Positions 18,677 through 28,122 of a DNA stretch of 64,000 nucleotides are shown here, piece after piece. Below the pieces are notes generated by a model that was not told the DNA's origin, made no database searches, and saw only the letters and a program-made list of their open reading frames with translations. Each line of letters begins with the position of its first letter. The stretch's first letter is position 1. The stretch comes from a virus, in IMG/VR virus record IMGVR_UViG_3300031841_005424, positions 14,586 through 78,585 of that record; one strand, written 5' to 3'. A program made the translations under genes and the position numbers.

Positions 18677-20539
18677 TTATACAAATTTTATTTCACAGGC
18701 TCCGCCAGCACAAGCTGCCTCACCCTTAAGGTCTGTGTTGTCCTCTTCTTCGTTAATTTGAGTAAGATCAATTGACGTCAAGGAACCCATAAGTGCTTCA
18801 TAGGTCTCCTTTGAACAATCCTCAAAGGGAGCCTGCTTATAGGTGTGATCCGAAAACGGAAGCACAGATAGCCCATTATAGCTCTTTCTGTTTTCCCACA
18901 TCCACTCTCCAACGTCTGCCCATTCAGCATCTTTAATAGAGATGGTAGCGGAAATATTGTGAGTGTTCTGACCCTTGCGAAAACCAGGCTTAACCCACTG
19001 ATCTGTCACGCTTTTAACTCTCTTTAGCAGCTGAAGGGCTGATTCTGTTCGAAGAATCGAGCCTTCTGGAGCCTTTTGTGGCACAGAAATAACTGCAGTT
19101 GTGTGAGGGCTAAAATATTCATCCTCAACAAGTTCTGAGTGATTAGTTGCCAAATAGTTATATATTGCTTCGCTTTTACCTACTCTTAGACGTCTAATAT
19201 AATAATCATTATGCCAAGCGTGAATACCAGAGCTGGTTCCCAAAGTCAAAGATGTGGTTCCTGCAGGCTTAACACAGGTTGTTCTTGCTGCCGGATTGAT
19301 TCCCAAAAGTTCTGCAACACGTGCATTTTCTTCTTTGACGCAATTAGCCGCTTCGGTCATATCAAGCTTGAGCACTGCCCCAGAGGCGATACCAGTCATA
19401 GAAACGCCGATGAGAGCGTCTTTTTCAGTTGTCCTACGCCACACATCACGAAGGTAGTGAAAGTCCGTATAACTGGCTTGTAGCGTGCCTATAAAGGCAG
19501 CTGCACGGACTCTTTCATTAAGATCTTCCTGGTTCTCGACATTAGAGACATTTACCTCTGTGAGATTACAGAACTGATAGGGTCGAAGACCAATCTCGCA
19601 GCAAGGATTAGTTCCCCAATCTTTATCATTTGAGAAATAGAAACCAGGCTCGCCGGCACCAGATGCCTTAACTCTGTCCCATAGGTTCATAAAATACTCT
19701 TTATCAATCTTGTGACGCAAAAGAACCACCGAGTTGTTCGCTCTTCCTCTCTGAGGGTTAGTCTCCCACCAATTACCGGACTTTGCAGCGATCATATCCT
19801 CATCGTCTGCGGAAAATAGTGAAATCAGAGCAGCCCTACGGATACCGCCTGCCAGCACAGCGTCAGCTATATGACAGATCATATCGTGTACTTCGATTGG
19901 CGTTAGTTTATCTCCATTTTCCTTCTGTGACAGCATGCCTTCCAGCTTTACTAAACACTCACGAAGAGGTTGTGGTCCTGGGGCTTTACCTCCAGAAGTA
20001 ATGAGAGCAGCACCTTTCGGGCGAATATCTGAAAAATCAAAACGAAGACGTGAACCTCCGTTAAAATAAGAGCGGACGAGTGCCTTTACAGCATCTGCCC
20101 AGCCCTCAATAGAATCGTTAACGAGAAACCTTCTCGTGCGCTTAGAGTTGGGAAGCGTAATCTCTGGCAACCTCTCAACATGGTGCTTCTGTACTGAATA
20201 TCCCACTCCTGTTCCGCCAAGAAGCAAAAACATAGCTTCACCAAAGCAGCGCCAGTCATCAGCAGGCATAAAAGCACAGTTAAAGATACGGTTTGGTGCA
20301 ACTTCGATGGGCTTGCCACCAAATTGCATCGAGCGCATAGAAGGAAGAACCTTCTTATCAAATACCATTTTATAAGCTTTTCTAATCTGAAGTTCCATGT
20401 TCGGAAACTTCTTAAGGTGCATGTTCATATTCCTAGTTACAAGCTCAGCCCAAGTTTCCCTGCGTTGCTTATCCTCTAGATATCTAGCATACTTCATATG
20501 CACAGTGATCTCTGATAAAATTCTATTTGATAATTCCAT
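18677..20539 (-). CDS. nrdJ: Class II (B12-dependent) ribonucleotide reductase
   Basis: RETW, LPSMR, FNCAF, GGIRRAA, TNPCCEI, CVKPAGT, C-terminal ACAGGACE; no beta subunit adjacent. Confidence 0.9.
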   Translation of the reverse strand: MELSNRILSEITVHMKYARYLEDKQRRETWAELVTRNMNMHLKKFPNMELQIRKAYKMVFDKKVLPSMRSMQFGGKPIEVAPNRIFNCAFMPADDWRCFGEAMFLLLGGTGVGYSVQKHHVERLPEITLPNSKRTRRFLVNDSIEGWADAVKALVRSYFNGGSRLRFDFSDIRPKGAALITSGGKAPGPQPLRECLVKLEGMLSQKENGDKLTPIEVHDMICHIADAVLAGGIRRAALISLFSADDEDMIAAKSGNWWETNPQRGRANNSVVLLRHKIDKEYFMNLWDRVKASGAGEPGFYFSNDKDWGTNPCCEIGLRPYQFCNLTEVNVSNVENQEDLNERVRAAAFIGTLQASYTDFHYLRDVWRRTTEKDALIGVSMTGIASGAVLKLDMTEAANCVKEENARVAELLGINPAARTTCVKPAGTTSLTLGTSSGIHAWHNDYYIRRLRVGKSEAIYNYLATNHSELVEDEYFSPHTTAVISVPQKAPEGSILRTESALQLLKRVKSVTDQWVKPGFRKGQNTHNISATISIKDAEWADVGEWMWENRKSYNGLSVLPFSDHTYKQAPFEDCSKETYEALMGSLTSIDLTQINEEEDNTDLKGEAACAGGACEIKFV

Positions 20540-20540
20540 T

Positions 20541-21932
20541 CTAATTTCCTCCGTTTCCTTCTTTACTACTCTTTTTAAAGACTGCGTATTTTTGCTTCAA
20601 ATTGTCTAACCTCTCTTTAGAGGACCTTTCCACTATCTCACCTATAGACTCGTTTGTCTTATTTAGGACTTTTATTTTTACATTGCTCGTATCCATAAAA
20701 ATAGGAAATATTAAACCGTCGGGCCCATTCCTGTTTTTAGCAAGAAAGATGCGACCCTGATTGGTATTCTTATCCTCAATCGTTCTTGAAACAGTAAAAA
20801 TAAAGTCTGCGACAAAACACTTATTGAACGCCTCTGATATCGATTCCATTGTTATTACTTCGGCATTCAACCCAGACCTATTCGTTTGTGATGCGGTCCA
20901 CACAGGGCAACCACATTCTTGTGCTAAGCCTCGCAACTCTTCGTAAATAGTCTCTAGTTGGTGCCTTTTTTCTGTCTTATTCGAAGATTCTGGCTTAATC
21001 AAATCTCCATAATCTATGATTATCATGTCGGGCGTGAAATCTCTTCTTCGTAACTTATCGATATGATTTCTAATTGTCTGAATCGTTGCGGACCTAGTTG
21101 GATATTCCTTTACGATCAATTTTCCTGTCAAATCTTTGATTTCATCATAAATCTTTTCTTTAAAAACCGCTAGATTCTTTAATTCAACACCTGTTATAGA
21201 TGAATCGTATCTACTGGCCACAATAGTGTCTGCTAGCTCTAGCGTATAGTGCAGTACGTTCTTGCCTTGCTTAAGTGCTTGGGCGCCCAAATGAACCAAA
21301 ACCATTGACTTGCCGGCACCAGTAGGTGCAACAACGACACCTAACTCGCCCTTTCCCAAGCCGCCCTTTGAAATGTCGTCAATCTGTTGCCATCCAGTTG
21401 AAATCGGATCTCGAGCACGGATTTCAAACCTCTTTTCAAAGTCCGCAATATATTCATACCCAAAAGAGTTATCAGAACCCAGCTTTAAAGCCCCGTCAAT
21501 AATTTTAGACACTTCATCAAAAGATGAAGACTTAATGAGATCAACTGATTTGATAAGTGCTTCTTTTAATTTTTGCTTTTTACAGAAATCAAGCGCAGTA
21601 TCTTTGATATATTCAGAAGAGTTTGGGATGTGGCCTTTTGCCAGAACCCTTGCATAATACTCCCTGATTCGCACCTTGATTGATTCTGGTTCTGCATCCA
21701 AACCTGTTCGTATGATGGAATGCATAATATTAGATGTAGGGTGGACTCCATACTTCTTTCTATACTCCTTGATCTTTTTGACGAAAACTCTAAGATGCTT
21801 CAACTCAAGGAAGTTGACGTCTAGAACCTCAAACATCTGATCAGCAAATGGCCTATCATTTAAGACAAGATGACACAAATCTTCCTGAAAAGATTTTCCA
21901 AATTTTGAAAAACTGACTGTTGTAGGTTCCAT
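20541..21932 (-). CDS. dnaB: Replicative helicase (DnaB/T4 gp41-like)
   Basis: APTGAGKS Walker A, IIIDY, TASQTNR, KNRNG. Confidence 0.93.
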   Translation of the reverse strand: MEPTTVSFSKFGKSFQEDLCHLVLNDRPFADQMFEVLDVNFLELKHLRVFVKKIKEYRKKYGVHPTSNIMHSIIRTGLDAEPESIKVRIREYYARVLAKGHIPNSSEYIKDTALDFCKKQKLKEALIKSVDLIKSSSFDEVSKIIDGALKLGSDNSFGYEYIADFEKRFEIRARDPISTGWQQIDDISKGGLGKGELGVVVAPTGAGKSMVLVHLGAQALKQGKNVLHYTLELADTIVASRYDSSITGVELKNLAVFKEKIYDEIKDLTGKLIVKEYPTRSATIQTIRNHIDKLRRRDFTPDMIIIDYGDLIKPESSNKTEKRHQLETIYEELRGLAQECGCPVWTASQTNRSGLNAEVITMESISEAFNKCFVADFIFTVSRTIEDKNTNQGRIFLAKNRNGPDGLIFPIFMDTSNVKIKVLNKTNESIGEIVERSSKERLDNLKQKYAVFKKSSKEGNGGN

Positions 21933-21972
21933 GATCTCCCTTGGTTTATTTATTTAGGTACTATATCAGATT

Positions 21973-22938
21973 TTAATCTGAAAAGGAAGTGATAATGTCA
22001 TTAAATTTTTGCTCTAGGTCTGACATATTCACTGTTAACACACCATCTTGCAGCATCAATTTTCTCACTTCAGTTTGGTTATAATGTGGCTGATACTCTT
22101 CAAGAGTTTGATCTATCCTGGTTTTACACTGGATAGACATTTGTGGTGAAGAAAGTTGCATAATATCATAGTTTTCCTTGATTATTTCTTCAGATTCCAG
22201 CACATTTTGATATACCTTTAGTTTATTATTGTTGGAATCAGATGATTCGTCCAGAATATCAGATATGTAATAATCCTTATCTTCTTTTAAGAAAGGGAAT
22301 CGTTTTGCAACGGTGCCCAATCCTACTCTAGGCACACCTGCAAGATTGTCGCTTGGGTCACCTGCCATAGCTCGAGCCAGAGCAAAATTCCTAGGATGAA
22401 TACCATACTTCTCGATAACGATGTTCGTATTTAACACCTCTTTTTGAATTGGCCTAAACAAGAGTGTCCTGTCATCCAACAATTGAATGAAATCTTTGTC
22501 GGCTGAAACAATAACCTTTTGCCATTCCTGAAATGTTGAAGAAGATTTAATGTAAGATATCACATCATCTGCTTCTACCTCTGGTTCCATGAACTGAATG
22601 ATTGGCGTATGATTGAGATACTCTATCACTCTGAGTTGCTGCCAAAGTTTGTTGTTATCTGTGTCTTGTGGCGTCATCCCATCAGAATCCCAATTGACCC
22701 TTAGAGGCTTTCTGCCAGCCTTATAATTCTTGTTCATGGATCTGCGCTTTCGTGATCCGCCTTGTCCATCCCAAACCACCACAATCATATCTGGTTTTGT
22801 TTCCCGAGTGATCTTGTTCAGGATGTTAATAAAGGTACGCATTCCTCCAATGGGGTTTCCGTTCGGATTCTTGCTAGGATCTACGATATAACCTCGCAGA
22901 AACTGATTGAACGCATCTACAATCATTACTCTCTTCAT
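21973..22938 (-). CDS. 5'-3' exonuclease / flap endonuclease (T4 RNase H-like)
   Basis: IVDAFN, VWDG, YKAGR, EADDVI, SADKDFIQL, GDPSDN, GVPRVG. Confidence 0.93.
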   Translation of the reverse strand: MKRVMIVDAFNQFLRGYIVDPSKNPNGNPIGGMRTFINILNKITRETKPDMIVVVWDGQGGSRKRRSMNKNYKAGRKPLRVNWDSDGMTPQDTDNNKLWQQLRVIEYLNHTPIIQFMEPEVEADDVISYIKSSSTFQEWQKVIVSADKDFIQLLDDRTLLFRPIQKEVLNTNIVIEKYGIHPRNFALARAMAGDPSDNLAGVPRVGLGTVAKRFPFLKEDKDYYISDILDESSDSNNNKLKVYQNVLESEEIIKENYDIMQLSSPQMSIQCKTRIDQTLEEYQPHYNQTEVRKLMLQDGVLTVNMSDLEQKFNDIITSFSD

Positions 22939-22958
22939 GTTTTATTCTCCAAATGAAT

Positions 22959-22979
22959 GGCCCGCCAGATAGGCGGGCC
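22959..22979 (-). terminator. GC-rich hairpin between recA and the exonuclease
   Basis: GGCCCGCC-5 nt-GGCGGGCC; weak U tail. Confidence 0.55.
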
Positions 22980-22987
22980 TGGTAGGG

Positions 22988-24130
22988 CTACTGAATCTCT
23001 TCGGAGAGATCTTCCGAATCGTAAAAATCAGTAGCGTTGCCTTGTCTATTCTTGAATTTCAGAATAACATCCTCGTCCATGATTGTCAAGACGCTTTTAC
23101 GAAAATCTTCCTTTTGAAGCTTTTCTGCCCACTGCTTTCGCTGGAACTTTTCTTCTGAGCCATCATCCTTTACCAGAGCAAACCATGCTCCAGATTGCTT
23201 CAGTCTCTCAGAAACTTGAATTGCATCAAACCAACTCTCCTCATCTTGAACGCCGATATCTTCATCACCCCAAAGAATCTTGAAGTTACAGGTTCTGCCG
23301 GCTGTACCAAAACGAGACTTCTCAAGCTTTACCTTGACCTCAGAGCCAATACGATATCCGTTTTCATCGGTAATAAAAGAGGCCTTTGCCTTTCGAGCAG
23401 TAAGCCAAACTCGGAGAGAGTAGGCATATGACATTGCCTTGCCACCCGGAGTGAAATAAGGTGTAGTCATAGCCTCTGCAGGGGTTCGAGCTGCCATGTT
23501 TGTCTTCAACTGATTAAGAACCAGCAACGTTGCATTAGCATCTGCAATAGGGATAGTCAACTTGGCCATACCCTTCGACAGAATTCTTGGCTTTACGGCC
23601 ATAGAAGACTGAGGGTTAAAGTCACCCTCAACATCTGAAATGGAAGGCGTTAGCGCTAAAGAGTCCCAAATAAACAACCACTTGTTACCGGTGCTCAAAA
23701 GCTCTTCCATAGTCTCTAATACAAACTCTACTGACTCCGCTTGAACATACATGAGCCTCTCGAGATCACATCCTGCTCTCTCCAGAAAACTAGGGTCCAG
23801 AGCAGATTCTGAATCGAAATAAACAACATCGATCCCCATCTTTTGGGCATTGCCAGCAATCTGTGCTGCCATAAATGACTTACCAGTTGCTTCCAGGCCG
23901 GCAATCTCTGAGATCTTGCCGACTGGAACACCCGCTAGTTTACCCTTGCAGATGATTGAATCTAACCACCTGGACCCCGTAGGGATCCATTCAGTGACTT
24001 CAGTTGGGTTATTATCTTGAAGAGAGTGTGCTACTTCTCTTCCTGCTTTCTTATTGATAATACCGCGAACGGCAGCAATATCAAGAGAGCCTTTACCCAA
24101 TTTTGTAGTTTTTGTTTTTGCTCTAGCCAC
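22988..24130 (-). CDS. recA: RecA/UvsX recombinase
   Basis: IPTGS, GLEATGKS, FDSE, IWDS, LNQL, TPGGKA. Confidence 0.95.
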   Translation of the reverse strand: MARAKTKTTKLGKGSLDIAAVRGIINKKAGREVAHSLQDNNPTEVTEWIPTGSRWLDSIICKGKLAGVPVGKISEIAGLEATGKSFMAAQIAGNAQKMGIDVVYFDSESALDPSFLERAGCDLERLMYVQAESVEFVLETMEELLSTGNKWLFIWDSLALTPSISDVEGDFNPQSSMAVKPRILSKGMAKLTIPIADANATLLVLNQLKTNMAARTPAEAMTTPYFTPGGKAMSYAYSLRVWLTARKAKASFITDENGYRIGSEVKVKLEKSRFGTAGRTCNFKILWGDEDIGVQDEESWFDAIQVSERLKQSGAWFALVKDDGSEEKFQRKQWAEKLQKEDFRKSVLTIMDEDVILKFKNRQGNATDFYDSEDLSEEIQ

Positions 24131-24141
24131 CGTTCTTGCTC

Positions 24142-24900
24142 CTATGAGTTCAAAAGATCGTTAAAAGCTGCTTCGACAGCATTTGCGGATCCTTCAATTT
24201 CTGTTGGTTTTCCATACTTTTCGACTTCCGTATTTCCGGTTTCGCCTGACAGAAACTGATCCAGAATAGACTGGACCTCCTCTGTTGCCTTTCTTTCGAA
24301 AAGGGAATCAAAATCCGGAATAGTCTCGAGAAGTTCTGCACAACGCTCATCTCCACCGACTGCATCATCACAAAGAATGGTCTTTCGGGGGCGCGGTCGG
24401 ATATCTGTTCGTGGGAAGCTGGCTCCAGGCAATTTCCCATACATCAGCTTCAAGTCGTTTCCATTTTCTGGATCTGTGATGTCTCCGTAGTCCGGGTCGA
24501 GCACGATAGTCAGAAGCTTTTCATATGCCATCTTACCATATCCCCAAATACGAATCCCCTGGTCCTCTTCTCCTCTGACCAAAACAGGGGAAAAGAAACG
24601 CTGCTTTGCGAAAAGATCCTTGGCCTGGCGCTTACTCTCTTCAGTTCCCTCGTTCCAAAGCTGGTTTGCAAAGTTACAAACCGGGCAGTCATCTCCAAAG
24701 TTCCTCTTGGGGCATAAGAAGCCAGATGTGCCAACGTTATAGTGGAAAAACCTCTCCTTGAAGGGGTCGCCGTCGGGAGTCGAAACGATCCTGACATTAT
24801 TCTCTCCGTCTTCTGGGCGCCAAAACTGATTCTTGGTGCTGTCACCCTTTCCATTCAACTTATCGAGCTTTGCTCGCATTGCGTCTAAATTAAGTGCCAT
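24142..24900 (-). CDS. ssDNA-binding protein, T4 gp32-like
   Basis: FWRP, H...CP...CPVC zinc site, GDITDPENG, acidic tail. Confidence 0.85.
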   Translation of the reverse strand: MALNLDAMRAKLDKLNGKGDSTKNQFWRPEDGENNVRIVSTPDGDPFKERFFHYNVGTSGFLCPKRNFGDDCPVCNFANQLWNEGTEESKRQAKDLFAKQRFFSPVLVRGEEDQGIRIWGYGKMAYEKLLTIVLDPDYGDITDPENGNDLKLMYGKLPGASFPRTDIRPRPRKTILCDDAVGGDERCAELLETIPDFDSLFERKATEEVQSILDQFLSGETGNTEVEKYGKPTEIEGSANAVEAAFNDLLNS

Positions 24901-24982
24901 ATTTAATACCTCCTATGGTTATTGTTGTTTTTTTGCACTCTCGGCTATAGCAGGTCAGCAAATATCCTGACCAACTGTTGTA

Positions 24983-25011
24983 ATACTACTATATTTTTAT
25001 TGTTCTGTCAA
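24983..25011 (-). promoter_or_regulatory. sigma70-like promoter for the SSB-recA operon
   Basis: TTGACA-17-TAGTAT. Confidence 0.8.
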
Positions 25012-25845
25012 CTGTATTTTTGGAGAAAAATATTCGACATAAATGTAGTCGTTTTCGTATTGTGTCGAATAGATGCCAAAATAAGCTTTTCTTTCGTCTG
25101 CTATTCGGGCCTTGACGCTAGTGGTCAAATCCCTAAGTAGACTACCTTGTGTCTTTAGTTTTTCCTCATTAATACCAAGGTAGTATAACACCTCCACTTC
25201 TTGCTTAAAAGGAGAAAACATCCTATCTTCACAATTGATGCTGCTGACACCAATGGTTCTTATTCTACAAGATTCCCTTATCTTTGAGAAGGTTGACATC
25301 ACTGGTTTTGTGTTTTTGAAAAGCTCAATCATGTGATAGCTGTCACAAAAGATAGAATTTATCTGACTATAAAATTCGTAAATGTTTGCATCATCTCCTA
25401 AAAGATCTTGAAGGGTCTTGTTATCTACAACGGTAATATCCCTGAATAAGCCAGAACGCGCATATTCCTGTAGGACAGCTTTTACAACCTTTTCTTGCAA
25501 AAGCTGCTCATCTGAAAGAAAATCAAGAACCGGCTGAAAATAGACTACCCTTATGCTTGTTCCCTTCTTGTGAAGAGACTCTAAAATCTTTAGGCTCATA
25601 GCTGAGGTCTTTGAGGCTCCGCAGACAAAAAAGGTGACTTCTTCCTTAATTTTGCCAAGAAACTTGATCTTACTCAGTAAATTTAAGTTTTCATATTGTT
25701 CTGCTGAGTCTAGCTCTGGAACAATATAAGTGTTTTTAGAATTTTCACCATTATTTTTGATTCTATAGATGTTGTATTGTTCATACTTTTCTAAAGAGGT
25801 CACAATGTTGCATGCTGCGTTACCGAGAGCCAAAATATTCTTCAA
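24997..25845 (-). CDS. Divergent tubulin/FtsZ-fold protein
   Basis: T1-like ILALGNAACNIV, T4 position FVCGASKTS, T5-like VVYFQP, T6-like ITVVDNKTL, H7-like FYSQIN. Confidence 0.65.
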   Translation of the reverse strand: MKNILALGNAACNIVTSLEKYEQYNIYRIKNNGENSKNTYIVPELDSAEQYENLNLLSKIKFLGKIKEEVTFFVCGASKTSAMSLKILESLHKKGTSIRVVYFQPVLDFLSDEQLLQEKVVKAVLQEYARSGLFRDITVVDNKTLQDLLGDDANIYEFYSQINSIFCDSYHMIELFKNTKPVMSTFSKIRESCRIRTIGVSSINCEDRMFSPFKQEVEVLYYLGINEEKLKTQGSLLRDLTTSVKARIADERKAYFGIYSTQYENDYIYVEYFSPKIQLTEQ

Positions 25846-26981
25846 ATTGTTACCTTCCTCATTTCTCCAAAATTCTTTCCAATACTCACGTTAGATAAGA
25901 ACCTGCCAAAAAGATTTGTTTCAAAAATATTCTTTATCTCTTCTACGAGACAGGAATCTTCTCTAGCAAAATCAAGAACAACAGAGTCATGCATCGTAAA
26001 GGCAATAAAGCTTCTTTTTCCTCTTAAAAGTTTCATTATATCGTAAGCGTTACTCAACACTATATCACTAGTTGTTGATTGAAGCAAATAATTTAATGCT
26101 CTTCTTTCGTCTACAGACAACCTTCTGCCAAATGGAGTTTGTATGGAATCGTTTACAAAATGTTCTAAATATGCTTTTTTATTATAGATTCTATCATAAA
26201 CCTCATGCTCTGACTTTGGGTTATACAGCCAGGCAAAAAACTGCTCTTTTGCCTGTTCTCTGGAAATCCAAGGCTCTATCTGTTTCGTGTTCCAAGAGTG
26301 TATATCTTCTTTGGGTTGCTCAACACCAGAAAACGCTAACAGTGTTCTAATTTCAGCGCCATTTAAATCTAGCTCCAGATATAAATCATTTTTAGGCTTT
26401 ATGTTTGATCTTTCGTTTTTATGTAAATTTAATACGGGAAATGATCCTTTTTTTGTTGCAAGTCTTCCAGTGGCAGAGGAGAACATATCGTACATCACCC
26501 TCTCGTCATTTCCAGAGACTTCGATATCCTGGTTTGCTATTTCTGATGTTAGGACGTGTATTTTGTGCAAAATATCATAGTCTGATGGCCTATCTATCTC
26601 TTTGGAAATACCCTTCATCGCTGACTCTCTCAAAGTGAGCCACCTGTTTAAAAGATGATCAGGCAACAAATCATAGAAACACAGAGAAGCAAGGTCTATT
26701 TTAGCTGTCAAAGCTGCTTTTTTCTGCGATTCTATCGCTTCTGCAACGCTTTTCATGTATATTGGATCACTAGAGTATCCTTCTAGGGATTCCGATCGCA
26801 AATAAAGGCTTAAATAAGTATATTTAGCGTCTTCTTGTAGAATAGGCGAATGTTTCCAGGCAAAACTTGATTCTTTCAATATCTGCGAAAAACCCTCAAA
26901 GTAAACCTGACCTTCTGTGAAAATACCTACACAATTGTTTTCGATATTAAGTGCTTGGATTATTCTCTCTTCTTGATTCAT
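25842..26981 (-). CDS. Miniature family-A DNA polymerase (palm/fingers only)
   Basis: ATGRL, motif A ELDLNGAEIR, motif B REQAK...WLY, TPFGRR, LNYLLQS, motif C MHDS in only 379 aa. Confidence 0.85.
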   Translation of the reverse strand: MNQEERIIQALNIENNCVGIFTEGQVYFEGFSQILKESSFAWKHSPILQEDAKYTYLSLYLRSESLEGYSSDPIYMKSVAEAIESQKKAALTAKIDLASLCFYDLLPDHLLNRWLTLRESAMKGISKEIDRPSDYDILHKIHVLTSEIANQDIEVSGNDERVMYDMFSSATGRLATKKGSFPVLNLHKNERSNIKPKNDLYLELDLNGAEIRTLLAFSGVEQPKEDIHSWNTKQIEPWISREQAKEQFFAWLYNPKSEHEVYDRIYNKKAYLEHFVNDSIQTPFGRRLSVDERRALNYLLQSTTSDIVLSNAYDIMKLLRGKRSFIAFTMHDSVVLDFAREDSCLVEEIKNIFETNLFGRFLSNVSIGKNFGEMRKVTI

Positions 26982-28122
26982 ATATACTCTTTATTATTTC
27001 CGCAGATATCTGCCCGATCTTACCTGTAGCTTGTTTTATACCATAGATCCTATAGTTTTGCAAGACAATTTCTTCATTTTGTCTGAAAGCTTCATCTGAA
27101 TATTTTCCAAGCTCCATCATGCGGACCATAAGTAAAAGGCTCAACCATTCCTCAGAAGAGAGCATCTCAATCTCTGGTCGGAACACATTACTGATCTCAG
27201 TTGAGGAGCTTCTATTATTATAGCGTATTTCTGTGAAGAATGGAACTTGTTTCTTTATATCGTTGTACGTTTTTATGACAAAGTCCTGCAAATCATATAA
27301 ATCATCATCGTGAGATTTGAGGCGATATATTGAATCCATGATTTTTTCTACATCATAAGGTGCCGCATTCTCATCCAAAGCTGCTCCAGCCTTCCGAATT
27401 CTAGTTTTTATTGTTGGGTGCTCCAAATTGGCGTGCAATCTCCAAGGGCTATATTTGTCGACAAAAAAACCGTTAGAAGAAGCATAGTCCAAAAAACATT
27501 GGAAATTAGGGCTTTGTATTATTTCACCTTTCTCGAAATCACTATTGTAATCCAAATTCGATAGTTCTACGGACAATCCAGAAGTTCTAATATTATTGTG
27601 TCTCGAAAGTATGAATCCGCTCCTCGTTACCGGGAATGCGTTAATGTGGGTTTTCAATAATTGCTTTAAAGCAATCAAATAGCATCTGTAGTCATTAACG
27701 GTGCGGTCATTCTGCAATAGAGAAGAATACTTGATAGAAACATAGGTCAAATAATCGCCATATAGCGGCTCTAAGGGCTCATATCCCAAAACCGGCACTA
27801 CACCATCCAAAAAGGGTGGATACCCTCTTGTAGTGTTCTCAATGCGCGTGGTATAGTCGTTTCTAAAGGCATTGAATGCCTTCGCAACAAACCCAAGACA
27901 TCTAACATCACTAGCTATATCTCCGATTGAAATCATAACATCGGGGTCGTCAATCAAATAAACTGGCTCATAGTTCTTGTTGATCAGGCCATATGAGAAA
28001 TTGTTGTATAACGTGTCGATCATCCCAGGAAAATCAACCAGAGTCTTATATTTAAGCCTCTCACTAAACTCTGCTTTAAGCGTAGAAGTAGAACCGCCTA
28101 AAAATGTTATTTTTTCAGCCAC
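26947..28122 (-). CDS. Hypothetical protein at the end of the baseplate cluster
   Basis: 391 aa, overlaps both neighbours. Confidence 0.7.
   Translation of the reverse strand: MAEKITFLGGSTSTLKAEFSERLKYKTLVDFPGMIDTLYNNFSYGLINKNYEPVYLIDDPDVMISIGDIASDVRCLGFVAKAFNAFRNDYTTRIENTTRGYPPFLDGVVPVLGYEPLEPLYGDYLTYVSIKYSSLLQNDRTVNDYRCYLIALKQLLKTHINAFPVTRSGFILSRHNNIRTSGLSVELSNLDYNSDFEKGEIIQSPNFQCFLDYASSNGFFVDKYSPWRLHANLEHPTIKTRIRKAGAALDENAAPYDVEKIMDSIYRLKSHDDDLYDLQDFVIKTYNDIKKQVPFFTEIRYNNRSSSTEISNVFRPEIEMLSSEEWLSLLLMVRMMELGKYSDEAFRQNEEIVLQNYRIYGIKQATGKIGQISAEIIKSIYESRRENNPST

Noticed and set aside
24997-25845. Nucleus-forming (chimallin/PhuZ) jumbo phage interpretation
   Set aside because: Virion genes are T4-like, no chimallin or multisubunit RNAP is visible in the window, and the tubulin signature is degenerate
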